DNA from: Fidelibacterota bacterium
GTDB lineage: Bacteria > Fidelibacterota > UBA8477 > JABMPR01
Length of the DNA stretch: 64,000 nucleotides
Direction of reading: 5' to 3'
Assembly (NCBI GenBank): GCA_016844945.1
Contig: JAERTJ010000111.1
Location: forward strand, 16,387-80,386
The position numbers and the translations under genes are program-made. The notes under the pieces are model-generated. The model had not been told where the DNA came from, did no database searches, and worked only from the letters and a program-made list of their open reading frames with translations. Shown here one piece after another: positions 18,196-25,298 of the stretch (its first letter is position 1; every line of letters begins with the position of its first letter).

Positions 18196-20680
18196 AGCGT
18201 GTCTGTTTGGCGGAGTATTCAATCCTCTCTATCGTGCCGTTTCTCAGATACAACCAAATTTCCACAGACTCAGATTTAGGGTATACATAAAGTTCATAGT
18301 CACCTTCCTGGAATTTGCGTTCTGGAGGTCCAACATAACGCACAATCATAGAGCCCTTCATTCCTATCTTTGGACTGAAGTTTTCTGGGTCTAATCCCTT
18401 AATATCATTCATCAGGTTATCCAAAGCCATGCGTTTCATCGGGGCAATATGCAATTCATCAGCTTCTTTTATCGCACCCTCAAGGTCTTTTAGATGATCA
18501 TCAACAATACCTGATAGAACTGGATTGAGGTCCTTTGCCTCTTTCATAGCTTCATAGACCATTTTACGATCTTCTTTGAGTATACCCTGGTTGGCATCTT
18601 CAAGTCTTCCATCCCCAATTTTCAACCGTAAGCCATTGGTAAGGTGTCTGTATTGGTCTGTGAGTCCGTCAGCCTGCTTTAACCAGTATAGACTTCGCCC
18701 ATACACCCCGGAATTATACAGGACAGTTGCCCGAATGATATAGGAGCGAGCCAGAAGCACTTTAGCGATGGGGAAGCAGGAGGGATCGCTTTTAAGGGCA
18801 AGGAGAACCAAATCCTCAGCCAGTTCATAGTCAAGGATCTTGAGTGCCGCTGCAACACCTGCCAGTGCCCGGTCTGAAATCTCTATTTTCATTTCTGCCA
18901 CAGCAAGATCAATGGCTTCACCTGGAGGACGATCACCCTGCTCAATCAAGGAATAGGCGTCCCAGATTTTCCCCTGGGATAAAATTGTCCGAACGTCCCG
19001 GTAGTACTCGGTCACCAGTGAGTCTTCAACCATTTGTTTCTGGATAAGCACCGCTTTTTTGTTGTGATGATTTTTATTGAATTGAAGTAGCTCCTGTTGA
19101 ATCTCTAGAGCAGTGGTGAACTTCTTCTTTCTGAAGGTTTCGTGGGCTTTCTGAGCTGCATTAGGATAACCCCCAAACATGAGCCCAATATTGACAGAAA
19201 ACACAGCCTGGCTAAGATCAATAAATGTAATTGGGATGCGTTCACCTGGGTTATTTGGAGCCCAATCAGAATTATCCATATCTATTGAGAATGCTTGATG
19301 ATAGTAATCCAGACCTGCGCCAAAAGAGACCCTTGAGCTCCCATCACCTTTGATTGTATATCCAATACCTGTTCCAACTTGCCAGGTGAATGCTTTGGAA
19401 TCAATGATGCGTTCTTCCAGGACGTTTTCATAGAGGGTCATCAAGCCCAGCCCAGTACCTGCACTAACTCGTGTATAAAATTTTGAACCAAAGGGGTGGA
19501 CAATTTCATGATCCAAATAGATATCAAGGATCCTGGGGGCGAAGGACATCCCCGAGTAACCCGTAGAGCCGTTATTCAGGTCACGAGCCCAGCCTTCTGG
19601 AAGTGTAGCGGGCTGAAAACTTCGCCATAAGCGCACACCCAACCCACTAAAGAGGTCGACATTCGCCTGGCGAGCAATATGGAAGGGCCAGTTATATTTG
19701 AATATCTGCAGATCATAATTCTCAGAAACAGTAGACATAACGGGTAAGGATAATTCAGTTCCCAGGGTGTCATAGTTGATGGTCGCACCCTGAACAAGAC
19801 CAATGAGTCCAGTTCCTGCACTGATATTGAGTAGTCCCAATCGATAGGGGTCACGATAAGGGGTGTATGCGCCAAACAATGCTTCGCCAAATTCAAAATT
19901 TACACTCACATCGGGTGTATTCAGGGAGACTGTCTGAATAGGGGAGACAGAACCAGGTGATCCATCATCTCGTTTAAATCCTTCATCCTGGTCATTAAAA
20001 TCAAAATTTCTAAAAGAATACCCAAGATCAATACCAAACTTGACCCGCTTGCCGACTCTCCCAAACAGAGTTGTCTTCCAGCCAACCCCCAGGTCAAATG
20101 CAAAAGCGTTTGATTCAAAAATTCGAACACTACTCGGGTTATTGTAAAAGCTCAGATGCGTGATGCCTGTTCCAAGTTGAGCGTGGAAAGAGCCTCTTGA
20201 ACTATACTTGTAAATAAATGTGTGACTCAGAGATATTCCCTTCATCAGCATATTTACATAAAATCCTGTTACACTACTTCCGTTCAGGTGAAATGTTGAT
20301 GGATAGCTTGTCGGTAAAGGGATGGTTCCCAGCTGATTTGACCAGGAATAGTTTAGACTCGAATAGGCATCAAAATCGCTTGAAGTATTGAGGTGATGCC
20401 ACCAGTGGTACCGAACAAGTTCGAAATCAAGATTTAGAAGTACCCCACGGATAGTATCCTGAATTGTCCAGCCACCAGAAGAAGGTTTGACCTCAAGGTT
20501 TTGTGAGGGTTTTAAGGAAAAATACGATATACCTGTATTGATCCCGGGGAAAGCGAGAAGGTCAGGTGCTTCAATGGGAATTTCCTGAGAAAACCCCATC
20601 ACGATCAATAGCAATCCTGTGTATGTTATTCTCCTGAATAATTTATGAGTCATCTCATTGAAATTAGCTTTGTAGATCAA
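18188..20680 (-). CDS. Large envelope protein: signal peptide + beta-rich (barrel-like) region + helical repeat region + BamE/SmpA-OmlA-like C-terminal domain
   Basis: 830 aa. A likely signal peptide (RRITYTGLLLIVMGFSQE) follows an alternative Met 9 codons in. About 480 aa show an alternating-hydrophobic, Gly/aromatic-rich strand pattern, and about 230 aa are helical and TPR-like. The C-terminus (KIGMKGSMIVRYVGPPE...YELYVYP...VEIWLYLRNGTIERIEY) resembles BamE-type domains. No family recognised. Confidence 0.5.
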   Translation of the reverse strand: MIYKANFNEMTHKLFRRITYTGLLLIVMGFSQEIPIEAPDLLAFPGINTGISYFSLKPSQNLEVKPSSGGWTIQDTIRGVLLNLDFELVRYHWWHHLNTSSDFDAYSSLNYSWSNQLGTIPLPTSYPSTFHLNGSSVTGFYVNMLMKGISLSHTFIYKYSSRGSFHAQLGTGITHLSFYNNPSSVRIFESNAFAFDLGVGWKTTLFGRVGKRVKFGIDLGYSFRNFDFNDQDEGFKRDDGSPGSVSPIQTVSLNTPDVSVNFEFGEALFGAYTPYRDPYRLGLLNISAGTGLIGLVQGATINYDTLGTELSLPVMSTVSENYDLQIFKYNWPFHIARQANVDLFSGLGVRLWRSFQPATLPEGWARDLNNGSTGYSGMSFAPRILDIYLDHEIVHPFGSKFYTRVSAGTGLGLMTLYENVLEERIIDSKAFTWQVGTGIGYTIKGDGSSRVSFGAGLDYYHQAFSIDMDNSDWAPNNPGERIPITFIDLSQAVFSVNIGLMFGGYPNAAQKAHETFRKKKFTTALEIQQELLQFNKNHHNKKAVLIQKQMVEDSLVTEYYRDVRTILSQGKIWDAYSLIEQGDRPPGEAIDLAVAEMKIEISDRALAGVAAALKILDYELAEDLVLLALKSDPSCFPIAKVLLARSYIIRATVLYNSGVYGRSLYWLKQADGLTDQYRHLTNGLRLKIGDGRLEDANQGILKEDRKMVYEAMKEAKDLNPVLSGIVDDHLKDLEGAIKEADELHIAPMKRMALDNLMNDIKGLDPENFSPKIGMKGSMIVRYVGPPERKFQEGDYELYVYPKSESVEIWLYLRNGTIERIEYSAKQTRFK

Positions 20681-20682
20681 AT

Positions 20683-20713
20683 AAAAAAGCCGAATCCTTG
20701 GATCCGGCTTTTG
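20683..20713 (-). terminator. Hairpin terminator downstream of the 190-aa gene (bidirectional-looking)
   Basis: AGCCGAAT and ATCCGGCT form a stem with one mismatch. On the minus strand a T6 run follows. Confidence 0.55.
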
Positions 20714-20729
20714 ACATTAACCAATCTGA

Positions 20730-21302
20730 TTACTTCTTGGGCGGTTGTACATCAATCGTTCTGGTATATATGTAATCGCCTGTCTTTTTCTTATTCCCAT
20801 TTCCCGCGTTGAAAGCAAAAAAGAAAGATGTGGTAGAAGCCGCTGAATCAGGTGCTTGCCATTGGAAGGTCCAGGTTGGTGACTCTCCCTTTTTAGGACC
20901 CTTGATGCCGTCCACGCGATGAGATATGTACCGGCGAGAAGTTCTTTTCTTGCTACGCGTATCATCCAATAACTGGATAGGCTGGTCCTTCACCGTGAGA
21001 AGTTCGCCATGTGCATTCCCATCGGCATCGGCAGCAGTTGCGATGAATCCCCAGGTCTTTGCTCCTTTTTGCGTCAGACTGAGTGTAATATCATAGATTT
21101 CATTTGGTGTATAGATTTTGGGTAAGCCGTTAATCTGAATCTCTGCTTTTCCAGAGTTTAAATCATTACCGGCATGACACTTACTTGTGAGACAGGTTCG
21201 ATCCCCGGGTGCACCAGATGTCATGGGGGGGGCACCCTTTTTTTTGGCGACCAATGAGACAGAGAGTAATAGGGACAAAATAAATATAGAGGCTAAACGC
21301 AT
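20730..21302 (-). CDS. Small secreted protein, reeler/DOMON-like beta-sandwich impression, with CX4CH motif
   Basis: 190 aa. Signal peptide (ILSLLLSVSLVA), then SGAPGDRTCLTSKCHAG, then a strand-rich body (WGFIATAAD..., WTFQWQAP..., FFFAFNAG). Fold assignment is tentative. Confidence 0.4.
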   Translation of the reverse strand: MRLASIFILSLLLSVSLVAKKKGAPPMTSGAPGDRTCLTSKCHAGNDLNSGKAEIQINGLPKIYTPNEIYDITLSLTQKGAKTWGFIATAADADGNAHGELLTVKDQPIQLLDDTRSKKRTSRRYISHRVDGIKGPKKGESPTWTFQWQAPDSAASTTSFFFAFNAGNGNKKKTGDYIYTRTIDVQPPKK

Positions 21303-21440
21303 AAGTAATTCCTTTCCATTAAAATTCGAATTGGGAGAAAATATTGTAGAATTAACTATTTAAAACAAAAATTCCCAACACCAGATACGTTTTGATAGAG
21401 TCGCAGAAAGGCTGTCACTCGGGTTGATTCTAGGTTAAAA

Positions 21441-21468
21441 AAAGACCCCGCAGTCAGCGGGGTCTTAA
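21441..21468 (-). terminator. Rho-independent terminator of the TPR lipoprotein gene
   Basis: 10-bp stem AAGACCCCGC (21442-21451) / GCGGGGTCTT (21457-21466) with a 5-nt loop. On the minus strand a T7 run follows. It starts about 25 nt past the stop at 21492. Confidence 0.8.
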
Positions 21469-21491
21469 AAATCATTGGATGTATCTGAGAA

Positions 21492-22541
21492 TTATTTCAG
21501 GCTTTTCTCAAGTTTATCCATTTTTTTGAACTTTTCGGATTTTGTTCCATAGAGATGATAGTATGTCATCTTCAATTCATGAACAACATCCAGGCTCTCA
21601 GGTGTGATTTCAAATGCTAGTTCGAGGTATTTCTCAGCCTCTTTATGCTTCTTCAGACGACCAAAAGCGAGACCTGCGTTGAACAAACCATCTACTTCGG
21701 TTGGGTTGATTTCTGTTACTTTAATAAATTCAGCAGCAGCTTCTTCCCATTTTTCTTGCTGGAAGTAAAGCACACCCAGGTTGTAATGAAGATCAGTACT
21801 GTTTGGATCAACTTCAATGGCGTTCAAATAAGCCTCAGCAGCTTTTAACTTTTCTCCCATGGCATCCAGGGCAAAAGCTTTTTGCTTGATGGCATTGATA
21901 TTTGAAGGATCAATTGCAAGTGCCCGATCGAGATAAACCAATGCGTTTATATAATCTTTTTCCTGGGCATAAACATTTCCAAGATTTACCAGAGCAACGA
22001 TTTCCTCAGGATTCTTCTCTACCGTGAGAATCATATACTCTTTACCCTTGGCATAATCACCCTTGAAAAGATAGACCTGTGCCAGTGTGGCATATGCCTC
22101 AGGCTTTTCAGCATTCATGGTAATACAATCGAGGAAAGCCTGGACTGTATTTGCATATAGCTCTTCTTCATCCTTGGCTTCGCCTTTGATGAGTGCATTG
22201 TAGCCCTTTGCACCCAGGTTGAAATTGTCAACCCAGTATTTTTCTCGAGCCATATCAATTTTTTCAGCAAATTTACCATCAATTGCTTCAGACTGGCTTA
22301 AGTAGGATGCAACTTTGTCCCAGGTTTTATTCCGCGCATAAATTTCAGTAGCCAGTAGATATGTTGGCTCTGAGTTCATTGGTTCTTTTTCTGCAGCAGC
22401 GAGTAACATCTCTTCAGCTTTTTCATAGTTCTTTTGCTGTAGATACACTTTGGCTGAGGTCATGTCTGTGGAGTCACAGCCAAGGATGGTCAGTAGCAAA
22501 ATTCCTACAATCCATATCAGCAGGTTTCTAGATAGTTTCAT
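21492..22541 (-). CDS. Tetratricopeptide-repeat (TPR) lipoprotein
   Basis: 349 aa. Lipobox-like LTILGC after the signal peptide, with multiple TPR units (AxxxYxxALxxxP patterns, e.g. ALVYLDRALAIDPSN). Confidence 0.8.
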   Translation of the reverse strand: MKLSRNLLIWIVGILLLTILGCDSTDMTSAKVYLQQKNYEKAEEMLLAAAEKEPMNSEPTYLLATEIYARNKTWDKVASYLSQSEAIDGKFAEKIDMAREKYWVDNFNLGAKGYNALIKGEAKDEEELYANTVQAFLDCITMNAEKPEAYATLAQVYLFKGDYAKGKEYMILTVEKNPEEIVALVNLGNVYAQEKDYINALVYLDRALAIDPSNINAIKQKAFALDAMGEKLKAAEAYLNAIEVDPNSTDLHYNLGVLYFQQEKWEEAAAEFIKVTEINPTEVDGLFNAGLAFGRLKKHKEAEKYLELAFEITPESLDVVHELKMTYYHLYGTKSEKFKKMDKLEKSLK

Positions 22542-22780
22542 TGAATCTCCTCGTACATATATATTACTATTTTAGATGTCATTCTCATGCAGGCGCAAAT
22601 ATATTCGCCTTACCCTCCCAAGGCAACCCTTTCAAAAGACCAGAATCAACAATATGATATATGTCCGCCTGTCCTAAAAGCAGTTGGAAATTGAGGGCTG
22701 AAATGAGATATTTATGCCTCAATTACAAGGAACCATACATCTGTCACGTTACAAATGCGTTGGCATCGAAAGTCTGATAT

Positions 22781-23578
22781 ATGTCAAATAGCGGAAAAAA
22801 AACTTTAACAATTGCTCTCATCACTGATATTCATGGAAATATTCATGCTCTCAATGAGGCAATCAAAATTATTGAAGCCGAAAAGGGCATCGATCAGATT
22901 GTGTGCATGGGCGATAACTTCTCCCTGGGTTCAGCTCCTGTTCAAGTCCTTGAAAAACTCAAAACCCTGGAAAACACAATATTTATTCGTGGCAATCATG
23001 ACCGGTATCTAGTAGAACGAATATGGGAATATGATCGACCAACCATTGAGGGTATGGATCCCGACGATCCCGTATGTATTGACATTATAGCAAATGAAAA
23101 ATGGACGGCTGAACAAGTAGGGCAGGAAGGGATTGATTTTATCCGCAAGATGAAAATGTCCTATTTTATGAATGTGGGTGAAACCTACATTGAAATTACC
23201 CATGCGTGGTTTGGCAGAGACGAAGCACCTCCCTCACAAAAAGAAGCCGAGAAGTGGCGCGATCATGAGCAGACCAAACATGCTCATGCCCAAACCTTCG
23301 TATTTGTTCACGGGCATACTCACTTACCAAGGGATGATCGTTTTGGGAATTTGAGAATTTTTTGCCCTGGATCAACTGGCTTGCCCTTTGACGAAGACAA
23401 GCGCGGAGTCGTTGCATTCTTAAAAGTTCAGGATGCAGATGTAAGTTATGATGTTAGGCGTTTTGACTATAACTTTGACCTCGCCCTGAAAGACCTGGAA
23501 GAGAAACAACCACCCTTTTATAGGAATCTGCTCTCCACGCTGAAGTATGCCAGTATCCGCAACGATCTGGTAGAATAA
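22781..23578 (+). CDS. Metallophosphoesterase (calcineurin-like, YfcE/MJ0936-type)
   Basis: 265 aa. Motifs DIHGN, GDNF, GNHD and GHTH in canonical order. Confidence 0.85.
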   Translation: MSNSGKKTLTIALITDIHGNIHALNEAIKIIEAEKGIDQIVCMGDNFSLGSAPVQVLEKLKTLENTIFIRGNHDRYLVERIWEYDRPTIEGMDPDDPVCIDIIANEKWTAEQVGQEGIDFIRKMKMSYFMNVGETYIEITHAWFGRDEAPPSQKEAEKWRDHEQTKHAHAQTFVFVHGHTHLPRDDRFGNLRIFCPGSTGLPFDEDKRGVVAFLKVQDADVSYDVRRFDYNFDLALKDLEEKQPPFYRNLLSTLKYASIRNDLVE

Positions 23579-23591
23579 AGAACCAACTAAA

Positions 23592-24437
23592 TCAGGTTTT
23601 TGAGTAGGATGCCAGCTTGGTCTGGAAGCTTTTCTGTTTCTCCAGGTACCGATCTGCCAGTTCGGGATTGTCTCTTTTACGAGCACCTTCTGCAACAACA
23701 CCAGTTTTGAATACAAGTTCCTCCAGCAAAGTTTTTTTCCAATGCGGGTCCAACTTGCTATTCACATGTTTCTCCATAGCGGTGATTCGAAATCGATCCA
23801 TCCCCCAGAATTTCCTGCTCAATTGATCCTCATGTCCACCATAGCGAGTCACTAATTTCTTGTCCAGCAAACCAATCTCATAGTGAGGAGCGATCCTTAG
23901 CCACAAGTCATAATCTTCACATGCCATGAGATGCACGTCGAATTCACCTACCTTCTCAAAAACGCTATGGTGAATAATGACAGCACTGGGGCTCACAATG
24001 CATCGCGGAATACAAGCTTCAAAAATCCATCCACCCTGTTTGGCATGTTTAGCCATGGGGTTCACCCTGACCCCATTCCTAATCCATATTTCATCACATT
24101 GGCTGATACTCAACTCAGGGTTGGATTCATGGAAAACTTTCTGAGTCTCTAGCTTGTGCTTGTCCCACCGGTCGTCTGAATCCAGGAATGCAATCCAGTC
24201 ACCGCAGGCTGCTTCAATCCCCACATTTCTTGAATATGACACACCTCGATTACTTGGGTTGGTGATAATCTTGATTTTATCCTCATATTCCTCAAGAATC
24301 TCTGGCGTTTCATCCGTGGATGCATCATCAACTATAATTATTTCAAGGGCAGGATGAGTCTGACGAAAAACGGAAATCATGGCACGCTCTATTGTTCGTG
24401 CCCGATTGAAGGTTGGGATGATGACAGAAATTTTCAT
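23592..24437 (-). CDS. Family-2 glycosyltransferase (soluble, GT-A fold)
   Basis: 281 aa. ISVIIPTFNRARTI, VDDASTD and LDSDD (DxD) motifs. Confidence 0.8.
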   Translation of the reverse strand: MKISVIIPTFNRARTIERAMISVFRQTHPALEIIIVDDASTDETPEILEEYEDKIKIITNPSNRGVSYSRNVGIEAACGDWIAFLDSDDRWDKHKLETQKVFHESNPELSISQCDEIWIRNGVRVNPMAKHAKQGGWIFEACIPRCIVSPSAVIIHHSVFEKVGEFDVHLMACEDYDLWLRIAPHYEIGLLDKKLVTRYGGHEDQLSRKFWGMDRFRITAMEKHVNSKLDPHWKKTLLEELVFKTGVVAEGARKRDNPELADRYLEKQKSFQTKLASYSKT

Positions 24438-25054
24438 GTGCTGATTTTTATCTCAGTGAGGTAATGATTAAGCAAGAAGCTTTGCAATTTGTGTGCAGCA
24501 GCTTTGTAATGCTTCTTAAAGTCTTTGGCAGTTGAATCACCTGCTCTATCAGATATACAACGTATAGACAACAGGGGAATATCTTTCTTCATGCAAAAGG
24601 TTACCATGGGGTAGGACTCCATATCCACTGCGTGAGCCCCGGTGGTGAGGGCCTTTAACCTGCTCCCCTCATCGGTAATGGGTGATAATACGGTGAGAAA
24701 TGTGGCTTCAGGTAAAGATTCGGTTGCCAGTAAGTTGACCCTTGGAAGATTGATCGAAGGTTTGTTCTTATAAAGGAATCGCTGCCCTCTAACAATTGTC
24801 TGGACCCCAAATGTTTCTGAAAGTGAACCACTGACCCCAAAATGAATGATCAAATCATAACTCTGTGCTTCAGGTAAATTCACCAGAGATGTCATTGTCT
24901 TTTCAGGTCCCATCCCCAAGCGGAGTATATCTAATTGCCCATTTAAATGGGTCAGATCTATACCCATTGTAGGTTTATCTCGTTTGGATAAGGGATAGTG
25001 TTGCTTGATTAAGCCAGCTTCAGATCGCAATGCGTGGGTCAATAGAATTTTCAT
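24434..25054 (-). CDS. PNP_UDP_1 family nucleosidase (MTA/SAH nucleosidase, futalosine hydrolase or HpnG-like)
   Basis: 206 aa. The C-terminal AVDMESYP motif matches the MTAN-type (v)DMES signature. 4-nt overlap with the downstream GT2 gene. Substrate not assignable from sequence. Confidence 0.6.
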   Translation of the reverse strand: MKILLTHALRSEAGLIKQHYPLSKRDKPTMGIDLTHLNGQLDILRLGMGPEKTMTSLVNLPEAQSYDLIIHFGVSGSLSETFGVQTIVRGQRFLYKNKPSINLPRVNLLATESLPEATFLTVLSPITDEGSRLKALTTGAHAVDMESYPMVTFCMKKDIPLLSIRCISDRAGDSTAKDFKKHYKAAAHKLQSFLLNHYLTEIKIST

Positions 25055-25298
25055 GCTAAAATCTAGTGGAGGGTTTCAGAAAACCATGAAATAATTGGGA
25101 GAAAAAACGGAAATTGAGCTGAATCGCCCAACAGACAAGGTCTTCAGAAGATTGAGCTCAGAATCTTGAACCGATTTAAATCTCTGGCAAATCGACATGA
25201 AAAGGGTTTAATTCGGCGCATGGCTACTCGTCACTCTGACCTGAGACACTATTCATTTAACTATATATATTTATATGATGCGAAAGGATGATTTAATC

